From: Takakia lepidozioides
Lineage: Eukaryota > Plantae > Bryophyta
Length of the DNA stretch: 64,000 nucleotides
Assembly: GCA_030704615.1 (NCBI GenBank)
Contig: CM060731.1
Location: 39,432,001 to 39,496,000 of the forward strand
Direction of reading: 5' to 3'
Positions 1 to 16,266 of the stretch are shown piece after piece. The stretch's first letter is position 1. Each line of letters begins with the position of its first letter. Below the pieces are notes generated by a model. The model did not search any database. It saw nothing but the letters and a program-made list of their open reading frames with translations, and was not told the DNA's origin. Made by a program: the position numbers and the translations under genes.

Positions 1-1010
1 GAAGAACATAAGTTTCAGCTAATGCCTCATGTTGGAATGGTGACGACCACAGTGGCAATGTGCAGGTTGGCTGTGAACTTTGATCCAAATTAACAGAAGG
101 AAACTCACATACTCTTTCAATTACCTCCTTTGGCAGCTATTGTGAGATTGCAATTTTCGAGTTACCTGGATGTTCAATGTACAGTGACCCCTTCTGCCTT
201 CGTGAAAAGCCAAGCGACTACTCTAATCACTGCCTTTGTTCGTCTATCACTTACCAGAACTCTCTTACATGACTCGGACCTGGGAAAGTCGCCGCGAGAA
301 CGCCAATGAACAAATAATTGTACAAAACAAGGAAACTTCCAGTAACATGTGCATACTGAGAATTTGTCTAGAGTACATTATCCATCCACACTTCCCAAAG
401 TAGCAGTTTCACACAGTCTCTACTTACTAACTTAACGCCTGGTTGAGTTCTCTTTTGCCAAAACCTCTCCTATCCAATAACCATCAAGGTCTTAGAAGTC
501 ATTAGTCATGTGCAATTGTATGAGTGCAAGTTCCATGTACTGCCTGCCAACATTTTAGCATGTTATTGCTTAATGTGGAGGTGAGTTGAGCATGAGTTAC
601 CTCAGAACCCCAACCTAATATTTAAGTTAGAGAATCACTGTGGTTGGTTTGGACACTTTTCTGTAAAAGAAGTAGCAGCTTGTCAAGTTGGCAAATTTCA
701 AATTGCAACATGAAGTTTTGGACAACTGTTGGAACACAACTTCCACAATGATCCGTAACTTTCCTGCTGTTGAGGATCCCACACAAATTTGCAACACTCC
801 CCTTTCTGAGAGTACAGTTTTGGTACTGATACAGAATGAATAGTAGAAATAATAAATGCCATAAGATTACATGCTCTCACCAAATGCGTACTTTGGTGCT
901 GCTTCAATGCAGGAGCATGGTGGGTAGTCCAAACTGAAAACCCACCGAGAGGGGGTTGTGCATTATATCATAAGAAGCCAGCTTGCCGTACAGTCGAAGA
1001 CGGTTTGAGG

Positions 1011-5055
<4,045 letters not shown>

Positions 5056-5419
5056 CGTGTCCCGAGAGCACACAGTGGAAATGATTGACACAAAAGCTGT
5101 CTTCTTTTTGTCTGGTGGAGAATCACCGCATCCCCCCTTCACAGAAATTTCTTCCAAATCTTCTTTTTACCCACAGCCTCCGAGGAGGAATCCTGCGTGA
5201 GTAATGCAGTAAAGGAACTTTATAACTCCCACACACAAATCGACAGGTCCCAACGCGATGGCAGGCCCCACTCCGCACAGGAGCGACGAGAGAGAAACTG
5301 CGAGACTATCGTGAGTAATTTTCCACACAGGATAGATCGATGAATAACAGAAAACATTCATCCGACTCATCCAGTTGGCATAGAGCTATCAGCCACTAAG
5401 GTAGTGCCACGCCCGACAG

Positions 5420-5463
5420 CACGTGTCAGTAATCTAGCTTAGAGAATACACACCGGCCACGTG
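5420..5463. promoter_or_regulatory. Two G-box/ABRE-like elements upstream of the beta-amylase gene
   Basis: CACGTGTC at 5420 and GCCACGTGT at 5456, about 365-400 bp upstream of the ATG. Motif match only. Confidence 0.35.
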
Positions 5464-6772
5464 TTTGGCTGCCATGAGGGCATATTTGCGGGACCCAGCA
5501 GCAATGGGTGGTTCCCCGAATCCCTTCTGCGTCTTCATCGGCACGGCAGATGTGCCCTCGCTGGATCGATCCGCCCGACTGTCTCGAAGTCTGATATATT
5601 CATCGAAGGACTTCAGATTTGTTTCCTTATCTGGAAATTGTTGCGATGTAGTGGAGGTTCTCGATATCTCTCTGTTGGTCGAGTTGCGCAAGCCTCAGAT
5701 GAGCGGCCTACACTTTTCGCAGGCCAGAGAACTGTCCGAGCAATCTGCATGGCTGGAGTACTACTAGTGTGTTGCTTTCTTAGAGCCGTACGAGTGCTTG
5801 CTGGGCAACGTCTGTTCTCTATGGTCATGTGCATCAGAAGCATCATGCAGTAGGATTCACAGAGGCATAATTTCCCGGATGTTGTCGAATGTAGTCTGTC
5901 CAATGTTGTTTGCAGTCGCAGGTTCATCAAAGCACTCATAGTCTGGCAGGTCGGTGTTATATCGTAATAGAAATTCACGTAGTTACGTGACTGTAAACTT
6001 CGACGTTGGAAAATAGAACCCGAACCTACTACTCGACTGGCCGTGAGGCTGGTTTGTGCAGAGGCACAGACTGCAGTTGCGTGCTTTCCAGTCGGTCCTT
6101 TGTACGCAGCATGGGGACCCAGTTTATATTTGTTTCTGGATTCGCTATGATCCAGTACTGGGCACCTCAGAAACCTAGGCGAAACCTTTCCATTGGACGT
6201 GATGATGTTAGGGATTATGCAAGATGCTTGAGGTCCTCTTGTGTTGCTCAGCAGCCCCTCTGGCTTAACTGTTTGTTGTCCTGGACATTGGTTGACCAAT
6301 TCTAGATTAGTGAGTCTCTCATCAATTCACTCATTTTTGCAACCTCTTCAGTATACTCTCCAATTTAATCGGATCCACTCTACTTTACAGATATCACTCT
6401 CGCTGCTTAAGATCTGCTCGTCCCATCACAGTTAAAAGTTGACGGTTTCTTCTTATTGTTGTACAATTGTTGTACCATACAAGATTTTTCAATGTTCATA
6501 TTGTACACATCAAAGTCTGAAAGAATTTGTGCATGAGGCATGTGGTATGCTTCGCAGCTCCATCTTGAGATTTTCAGAAGAGTATGGATTGCCCTAGTAT
6601 GTAGAGTAATCAACTGATGTGAGTTGTTTAAGGCATAAGAGCCCACAAGACTATGCATTGACTTTTGAGGATCTTAGCCCTAGAGCGACCTCCTCTAAAG
6701 TGCTTAAACTGAAGCCTTTTCAAATCTTGATTACTTTCTTCCTCACAAGCTTATGTAGATTGTCTGTAGTGT

Positions 6773-7305
6773 CTACAATAGAGGTACATGCACAATTCCC
6801 TTGATAGATTTGAAGAGAGAGTCTCTTTGGTGAGAGAACCCCGGACAGTGTATCAGAAAATGAGTATTGTCTTCGGATTGCCCACACAACGGGCAATTGC
6901 ACTCTCCCTCTCCTCTCTGCTTATGTTTGATGTTCAAAGGTAGGCTTCCTGCCCTGAGTTTAAATTTCAGTCTAGGGCCGAGAGTAGGTAGACCCTTGAG
7001 GTCATCCAAGATGTCCTCCCCCATGTCACTAACTGGAAACAAGTTCAGGGAAGTTTTTTGCCTAACTTCATTTTCATCATATAATCTCATGGCAACAGAC
7101 ATGGTTGGACACTACAGCCTTTGAGTCAGATTTATCAAGCAAGGTCAAGACTTGTGGTTCCAGGTCCAGGTCCTTGAGAATCTCTTCTACTGTCTTCTGC
7201 CATGACTTAGCCTATTTGACAGGTCGGTGGGCGGTCCTGATTCAAAGATATAGAGTCGATTAACTTAGGATATCTGGTGTTGGACATATGATGCAACTGA
7301 CCCCA
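6773..7305 (-). mobile_element. Fragment of a non-LTR retrotransposon ORF2 C-terminus (same family as 13700-16212)
   Basis: [12 protein letters not shown]...[18 protein letters not shown], nearly identical to the copies in the CBL intron. Confidence 0.85.
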
Positions 7306-10000
7306 CACCCTAACCTCCCCCCCCCACCCATTTTTTTTCATTGTTGCCCCCTCTCTCCCTCTGTCTCCCTCTCTACTGGGAATTGGCAGTTTGCTTCAGT
7401 GTTGACTTCTTGTTTTCTCATCCTCTATCAGGTTTTTTCATCCATACCGGATGAGCCACCAGGATGGACACTGAATTTGTAAGCCTCATGAAACAGGCCA
7501 GTCAAGCCGAGCTGCGCATCGGCGGCAGAACGACAAAGGCCAGAACGCAAGCTGTAGCATGTCAAGCCAGGGGCAGTCGGGTTGAAATTGGGGCTGCAAA
7601 CAGCAGCCACTTCACAGCGCACAAACCCATAAGTCTCCTCGGCCCATATCCCAATCTGCATGCTCAAGAAACTTCAAAGTAGGTGAGGATCCTCACCTGG
7701 TCCCATCACAAACCCCAACAAAAACCAACAGGTTAGTGAGGATTGTGGAACCCCAGGTGAATCACAAACCCTCACACTTGTCAAAAGCAAGAGAAAGAGA
7801 TAAGAACATGAGAATCCTTGAACTCCAAAGGCACCTTAAGCGATTGGGGAAGAGGGTTATGCGCCATCACCACCCGCAGCAAGCCGCCTCCACAAAGCAC
7901 ATAAGTAATGAAGCAAAGCAGACACAATCGTAAGACACAATCGTAAGACACTAGAAAGGAGGGAAAGAACTTCCCATCATAAGCATCCTTGCTAAGCACA
8001 GAAAAAGCCAGAGGAGGGAAGATGCCACTGCATTCATAGCGGTGTTTCCCGCTGCAAGAGAGACAATGCGTCGCCTTCGCGCCCCCCCCAGGCGCTTGTC
8101 CAGCATGGGTACGACACCACAAACGGGGCAGCCACCGAAGCACGTCCGCCATAACACTCTCCCTGCGAGCTCAGAAGCACATCGCGTGCTTCTGACAGCG
8201 GGCGAGACGACATAGAGTTGTCCCCCGATTATTCATCCATCGATGAAAAATAGTAAGACGCATCCATATATCCTGATGGATTTCATCCGCAGCAAGGTTA
8301 AAAATAGGTTTTGGGGTAGGGGTAAGGGTTTCCACCGTAATTAATCATAATTAGGGATAGTAAAGATCAATTCCAAGCCATAATCACATCATCTATAGAC
8401 AGGTCACTCGTGTCCAGATGATAAAGTAGGGAATATCATCCATGGCAGCGTCTTGCTTCCATCTAGGTAATTCTATCATTCCTCACCAGACCATCCGATA
8501 TGGATAAAAAGAGTCAATAAAAGAGGAATGAAAAATTATCACCCTGGTGGTTTTTCATCCAGTACTGATGGAAAAACAGGATGTTGTTGGCAACCTCCAT
8601 AGAGGTAATTCTTTTCTTCCATGGTGACTCATCCAGTATGGATGAGAGTCAATGAAGGAGGAATGAAAAGGCCAAAAGAACCATCTGCTTGTGATAAGAA
8701 CCTCATCTTGACCACCAACGTAGATGTAAACAGTACTTCAAGGAACCAATTACTACCAGAAGACCTGCATTGCATCCACATCGCAAAGCTAAGGAACAAT
8801 TCAGGCATTTTTACAGCTACTCTCCATTCAATCGATATTCGAATGAGGATGCTCACCTAATTTTCGTATCCTTTTCATTCCGACACCACAGACCCGGCTT
8901 CCTACCTCAATGCTGTTTTCACTCGCCCTGAGAGGTTCAGCATCTACATCAGATGATTGAAATCATGACAATAATCACCTCTTCCACATTCATATTCACG
9001 TGTCCACACGTTGAGCTAGCCAGGCTCGGCAGGTCCTCGGTGGCCCTCTCGATCTTAAAGCATAGCCCACATTTGGAAACAGCTTGAAGTGCTATTTTAT
9101 CAATCATAGGGATCTATAAATGTTTCCTCAAACAACACATTTGAAGACTGCATAAGACCTTAAAGATATCCTGCACCCTCAAAGGGTCTAGCGATAATCC
9201 CCTTAACAATGAGTTGATCGAGCAAGCTGCTTGCAGTGCATGCTCATTATGGAAGGCAGTCAACAATGTCTTCAGATACCGATAATTTGAACTATTATAC
9301 TTCTACTTCAAAGAGGTGTTTTTATTTTATTTTTTAAATGGAAAGGGGAACCTCAAGTGTAAATCGTACAAGGAAAACATAACCTTGTGGGTGCCATAAG
9401 GCTTAAGTTATAAGGTAAAGGAAATTTCCAAGGAGCCACAATATGATGAAATCCTGTAGTACAGCTTTATTTACATGAGGTATTTAGAAAAACCCCAAAA
9501 CCTGGGAAATGACAAAGAGAGGAAGAGTAGCAAGCTAAACTGATCAAACTATTCAAACTGATCAGGCATCCCAACCTTCTGCCTGAAGCCACACGGGCTG
9601 CACAACAACTAAAGGAGCTAACATCGACCACAAAGGGCTGCCAGAAAACCAGGGCCCACACCGGGCAAATACCCCACCAAACACTCCCAGAGCGAGAACA
9701 AATAGCCAGTCTCTCTAGAAGGAAAATAATCAGGAAGCAGCTGAGGCCAAAGGCAATAGCCTATCCGTGAAGTGCTCACAAAAATCCTGCGCTTTCTCTC
9801 CGATCCTCGTGAATCGACAAGGACCGACAGCCTAGAACAAACTCCAAGGGGAGAGCAGATAGCTAGCAGGACAGACACGAACGAGCGTCCATTTACAGGA
9901 TTCCTGTTTTTCACGATGATGACGCCAACTTATGTCATTGTCTAAATCCACATGTGAGTTCCAAGATTGGAGACCCTCTTGCTGCAGTCGGGAATGCAAC

Positions 10001-10849
10001 TCAAAGTTGGAACATGTGCAGGTCGGCGGGGTGTAAATACTTATCAAGTTCAGCGTAGGAGTTGAAGAGTATGGGTATATCCGGCAGCGAAGGTAAAGCT
10101 GTTGGTTCCAAAGCCCGGCCATGATCAGTGTTCCAAGCTGAATCAACCTCATCCTCATCATCTGACCATGCATCCTCAGTGGAGTAGCACTGCATATTTA
10201 CAGAAGCTTCACTTATTGTCGGGCCGCCATCAAGATTCCAGTCATAGTCGGTTTGCGCAAATCCACACTCGGAGGATACCTTGATCGATGCATACGAAAT
10301 TGTTTCAATATCAACTTTAGTGTCCTGATCATCTGACCATCCAATGATCACGGAACCCTCACCCTCCAGCTTGGTGAAGTGGTGCATGCTTATAGAAGCT
10401 TCACTTGTTGTAGGCCTATCACCAACAATCCAGTCATCGGTTTGGCCAAATCCACCCTGCAGCCGGTTCGCAGCCATAAAAGCTTTCGCTGAGGGTAGAA
10501 AAAAGGCCGACGAGGGTGCTACTTCAGACGCCCCACTAGAAACGGGATGACCAATGATCAACTTCCTCTTCTTTGCAGACTTCACGACAATCATATTTGC
10601 AGCTTCACTTGTAGTAGGCCCATCACCAACAATCCAGTCATGGGTTTGGCCAAATCCACCCTCCAGCAGGTTGGGAGCCATAAAAGGTTCCGTTGAGGGT
10701 GCAGAAAAGGCCGACTTCCTCTTCTTCGCAGACTTCCCGAAAATCATATTTGCAGCGGGCAGTTCAGTATTCAAAGAGTGGAAGAGAAGAGGAGTAATTT
10801 GGACAGAAACTATAAAGTACTCTCGAAGTCTGATTCTGATGAAAACCAC
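10001..10849 (-). CDS. Unknown ORF with internal repeats; possibly the first exon of a degenerate F-box-like gene
   Basis: 282-aa ORF with SAKKRK twice and GF(G/A)QTxDW..G.GPTxSEA three times, ending in an LPSLPDIPIL F-box-like stretch. No confident family assignment. Confidence 0.35.
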   Translation of the reverse strand: MVFIRIRLREYFIVSVQITPLLFHSLNTELPAANMIFGKSAKKRKSAFSAPSTEPFMAPNLLEGGFGQTHDWIVGDGPTTSEAANMIVVKSAKKRKLIIGHPVSSGASEVAPSSAFFLPSAKAFMAANRLQGGFGQTDDWIVGDRPTTSEASISMHHFTKLEGEGSVIIGWSDDQDTKVDIETISYASIKVSSECGFAQTDYDWNLDGGPTISEASVNMQCYSTEDAWSDDEDEVDSAWNTDHGRALEPTALPSLPDIPILFNSYAELDKYLHPADLHMFQL

Positions 10850-11271
10850 GCTAAATTCTTACACGAATCTCTATGAGGTGTGTATAGCGAGTGGCCACAT
10901 ACAAAAAGCCTCCTGCTTTTAGCTCCTGACGATCGCAGAAATGGATGCTGATGGAAATGACTTCAAATGCTAGCGAGCACTTGTATGCGGGTCGCAGCAG
11001 ATTCTTACAGCCACACTAGGAAAAGTCCTATCTGCATGTATCGGCAGCAGCCGTGGGAAACAGTGAATATAAAGAGAGAGTCCTGCCCTTGAGAAAGCCG
11101 TTTATATTTAGAAGAGCCCCAACTTTTTCCACTCTGAGTCAGGCCACTAAAAGTAAAAGTAAATGCAAAGTAAGGGTAAGTCTTTCTCAACGATGAACTA
11201 ATTCGTCACAGGTTTCCTGTTTCGTTCGTCGCTTGCCTCGGCCCCAACCTGAGAGGACCAAAAACTGACGC

Positions 11272-11515
11272 TTTTTTTTCTTTATCTTTTTCCCTTTTTT
11301 TTTAAAAAATAAAGGGAAACACCTGGGAGCGACAGCTCACAAATCAGGCCCCTTGATAGAGAGGAGAAAATAACCTCTTTCACGGTAACCCGCCATGAGG
11401 CGTAGGAAATGGGGCACCACCCAGGAACCATACCACACCCGTCAGTAGCAAGATTTGATCCCAGAATCGTCTGGGTAGCACTCAGTGCACTTAACCAACT
11501 GAGCTACTGACTGCT
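11272..11515 (-). mobile_element. tRNA-derived SINE, with a second copy of its 3' segment at about 11534-11575
   Basis: The minus strand reads TAGCTCAGTTGG (A box) ... GGATCAAATC (B box-like), then a non-tRNA body and an A-rich tail. Confidence 0.6.
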
Positions 11516-12745
11516 GGTTCCTATTTGTTTCTTAAAGGGAAAACACCTGGGAGCGACAACTCACGAATCAGGCCCAGCGTTTTTTTTGGAAATCAGAGTT
11601 TTGCAGAAAATAGTCGTACATTCTGTTCATCCATTGAAATTAGGATAGAATCATCCACATCCGTACTTTCATCTGTTTATGTCATCCATATTTGGAAAAT
11701 TCATCCATTATTTGTTTTTATTTGGAGCAGCTTGGCGATTTCATCCATGAAAAAACAGGGAATTTGTAACAGAATATTCCCGCCCTTTTTGGGGCCGAAA
11801 TCTGGCGAAAATTCGCCAATAAATAGAATGAATAGACTCCGTCGAAATAAATGGACTGTTTCTGCTGGACGGAATGAATAGACTCCTTGTTTCTTTTCAT
11901 GAGTGCGGTCTTCCTTCATGATGTCATCGTCCACAGTCTATTTTCAGCATGTGCTGGTGTTCATCTTCAATACCATTTTGTGCTGTGATGAGGTGCTGTG
12001 TCTTCATTCTTTGTCTTTCTTCTCCACATCAGTCTGTTTCCAGCATACAAAAGGGGAAAGAGAGACTCAGTCATTGTTAGAGAGTGAGTCCCTTGCATTC
12101 GTTGGCTAGGGGGCCTTCAGGGATGCCATTCAAATTAGGTAATAACCCCAAACACTTCGTGGTTTCCTTTTTGGGTTACCTGTGTTGTATGTATCCCGGC
12201 ATTGGATCCAGGCTCGGAATTATCTTTGGAACAATTGAGCAGAAACGAAGGTTCTCGGGGCAAAGAAGCAAGAAAGCGCACAGCATCGTTGGACAAGGCC
12301 GATAGTTCGTACATCTGCACGTAGGTGAGCGATGGAGCATGGAACAGTGCTGGTCGGGGTTCTTTAAAGATCCTTCGCAAGGGTGGGACAGTAGCCTTGA
12401 CTGAATTGTACCCCTAGTAGTTGAATGAAGTTAGCAAAATCAGAAATCAAAAGTTCACGAGGCCAAAATTTTGTTTTGACTGGCATGGGAGCAACAGTCA
12501 GTGGCAGCAAGCCAGCAATGCTTCATACCTTCCATACAGTCTCTCAGATCAGTTCTTTTTGAAAACACTACTGGCCTGGATATGATGGGCTATGTATCTG
12601 CTGGACCTGACCACTGCCTATGGTTTGAGCTATGGTTCCTACTGTACAAGAATTTGCAAATCAGTGTGTACCCTTGGAAGAAGATAAAACTGTGTAAACA
12701 TGTTGAGGAAGACTTCACAACACCCTCCTTTGCTAACATCCAATA

Positions 12746-15700
12746 TTAAGAGGCTGTGTCCTCCACTTCAGAATGAAAGACGAAACTAGGAAAGGTTGTT
12801 GTAATGTCCCTGCATAGTAGAGATGACCAGATTAGTGCTAGGCCTATAGCAAGACCCACATTCTGGGGTATAATGGGGCAACTGCCCGAGAAGTGAAAAA
12901 AATTTAACAGCAGGGTCAACACAAGTCAGTAATCATTTACCAAACCCAGATCAACGAATAGCTACCAACTGGACTGATTATACCTTTCTCTTGGTTTACT
13001 ATGTATAGATCATATTCAGGATATCACACCATGAAAAAAATTGCTCTGAAAACATAGTCTGAGTTTACTCCATTTGCAAGAAGTGTATAGCTCGAATGAA
13101 CATTAACATGGACAACTCCATGGTGAAAGGAGAGAGAGATACAGAGAGAGTACTTCAGGTAAGGGAGAGTCATGTTCTTCATGAGAGACGGGTGGTGCAA
13201 CACCAAGTTACGCCACTCCTCTTTGTCAATCCGACCGTCATGTTCTTTGTTCATGTACCAAGCAACTCTGCCAAAGGTACGGAAATGTACTGAAGGGGAT
13301 GTGAGATGAAAGACAGAGGTAACAAGAAAAAACCTCAAGGAAAGACACAAGGAAAAGAAACAACGAAAACAAGAAACCAGAAAGAATGATATCTCATCAC
13401 TAAGAGAGTCAATCCAAGAGAAAGAAACAAATCAACTACATCAAATGTAGCAGTGACCAGCTATCATAACCCCCCACTGACTTCATCAGTTCCTGACAGA
13501 GAGTGCAAGCATCGTGAATATGTGTGTCAATGCAGACTCAGCAGTTTTAGCATTCCAATAATAGCAAAAAACACAAGAAAAGAAGAGGGAAGGATGTACT
13601 CGTAAGATGTGCTCTACTGTAGGCTTGTGGCGATAGATCCCATACACCACCTTTGTGGGGGACTCAATTTAGTAGTGGGACTCACCTTGATATAAAGAAA
13701 GAGAGAGAATAAACCCATAAGACGTTGTTTGCTGTAGCCTTGTGACCCCGCACCCAGTTTGGGCGGAACTAAACCAGAAACTACCTTTGTGAGGGGGGGG
13801 GGGAGAGAGAGAATGTACTCATAAGACGTTGTTTGCCGTAGCCTTGTGGCCATTGACCCCGCGCTCAGTTTGAGTGGAACACAAAGGGACAGAACCTACC
13901 TCTGTCAGGGGCTGACGTTCATAGTAAGACTTACCTTGGTATAAAGCATTGATCCAGGTTTTCCAGATATCCTCTAGAAATCCCTTCACACAAGCATCAA
14001 TCTGCTGTGTGTGGTGAGAGAGAGAGATTGTACTCATAAGACGTTGTTTGCCGTAGCCTTGTGGCCATTGACCCTGCGCCCAGTTTGAGCGGGAACAAAA
14101 GGAACAGAACCTACCTCTGTCAGGGGCTGACGTTGGTAGTAAGACTTACCTTCATATAAAGAATTAATCCGGGTTTTCCAGATATCCTCTAGAAATCCCT
14201 TCACACAAGCATCAATCTGCTGTGTGTGATTTGCCCAAAAACTAGGCCTCAGGAGGGCCTGGGCTTTTGGCTCAGCCTTGAGACTTTCAAAGTTGGTAAA
14301 CAGAGGTACAGGCACAATTCCCTTGATAGAGTTGAAGAGAGCGTCTCTTTGGTGAGAGAACCCCGGACAGTGTATCAGAAAATGAATACTGTCTTCAGAT
14401 TGCCCACACAACGGGCAATTGCACTCTCCCTTTCCTCTCTGCTTCTGTTTGCTGTTCAAAGGTAGGCTTCCTGCCCTGAGTTTAAATTTCAGTCTAGTGC
14501 CGAGAGTGGGTAGACCCTTGAGGTCATCCAAGATGTCCTCCCCCATGTCACTGACTGGAAACAAGTTCAGGGAAGTTTTCTGCCTAACTTCATTTTCATC
14601 AGACAATCTCATGGCAACAGACATGGCTGAGGACACTACAGCCTCTAAGTCAGATTTATCCAGCAGGGTCAAGACTTGCGGATCCAGGTCCAGGTCCAGG
14701 CCCTTGAGAATCTCTTCTACTCTCTTCTGCCAGGACTTAGCCTGTTTGACAGGGCGGTCCTGTTTCCAAGATATAGAGTCGATTAACTTAGGATATCTGG
14801 TGTTGGGCATATGTTGCAGCTGACCCCACCATCTGACCTTGAATTCATCGGTCGGGAGCTTAAGGATGGAATGCCAAACTCACCCCGAACAGCCACATTG
14901 GCTGTTTGGAGCATGCTGACATACACTCCTTAAGCACCCCCACTTGAATGGATTCTAGAGACTTAGCCTGGTTGGAGTTATCAACCCATATAGCAGATCC
15001 GTACTCCAAGGCAGGTCTAATAACGCGACAAAGCATGGTTTTCTTAACCTCAGAGTTGACCCCTCTGCAGTGGAAAAGAGATTGTACTCATAAGACGTTG
15101 TTTGCCGTAGCCTTGTGGCCATTGACCCCGCGCCCAGTTTGAGCGGGACCAAAAGGGACAGAACCTACCTCTGTCAGGGGCTGACATTGGTAGTAAGACT
15201 TACCTCCATATATAGAATTAATCCGGGTTTTCCAGATATCCTCTAGAAATCCCTTCACACAAGCATCAATCTGCTGTGTGTGATTTGCCCAAAAACTAGG
15301 CCTCAGGAGGGCCTGGGCTTTTGGCTCAGCCTCGAGACTTTCAAAGTTGGTAAACAGGGGTACAGGCACAATACCTTTAATAGATTTGAAGAGAGCGTCT
15401 CTTTGGTGAGAGAACCCCGGACAGTGTATCAGAAAATGAATACTGTCTTCAGATTGCCCACACAACGGGCAATTGCACTCTCCCTTTCCTCTCTGCTTCT
15501 GTTTGCTGTTCAAAGGTAGGCTTCCTGTCCTGAGTTTAAATTTCAGTCTAGTGCCGAGAGTGGGTAGACCCTTGAGGTCATCCAAGATGTCCTCCCCCAT
15601 GTCACAGACTGGAAACAAGTTCAGGGAAGTTTTCTTCCTAACTTCATTTTCATCAGACAATCTCATGGCAACAGACATGGCTGAGGACACTACAGCCTCT

Positions 15701-16210
15701 AAGTCAGATTTATCCAGCAGGGTCAAGACTTGCGGATCCAGGTCCAGGTCCTTGAGGATCTCTTCTACTCTCTTCTGCCAGGACTTAGCCTGTTTGACAG
15801 GGCGGTCCTGTTTCCAAGATATAGAGTCGATTAACTTAGGATATCTGGTGTTGGGCATATGTTGCAGCTGACCCCACCATCTGACCTTGAATTCATCGGT
15901 CGGGAGCTTAAGGACGGAATGCCAAACTCACCCCGAACAGCCACATTGGCTGTTTTGGAGCATGCTGACATACACTCCTTAAGCACCCCCACTTGAATGG
16001 ATTCTAGAGACTTAGCCTGGTTGGAGTTATCAACCCATATAGCAGATCCGTACTCCAAGGCAGGTCTAATAACGCGACAAAGCATGGTTTTCTTAACCTC
16101 AGAGTTGACCCCTCTGCAGTGGAAAAATTTAGTGAGCCCCAGAGCTTTGCCCTTGCCAGTTTGAACAACTTTCCGGATATGTGCATCCCCAATTACAATT
16201 GGAGGAGAAC

Positions 16211-16266
<56 letters not shown>

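Noticed and set aside
5434-6305. Protein-coding gene upstream of BAM
   Set aside because: Overlapping ORFs on both strands with no recognisable motif.
8213-8597. Possible MITE rich in TTCATCC motifs
   Set aside because: The TIRs are too degenerate and there is no convincing TSD.
11440-11515. Functional tRNA gene
   Set aside because: The B box is degenerate, no clean cloverleaf is visible, and it is attached to a body and A-rich tail, which fits a SINE better.
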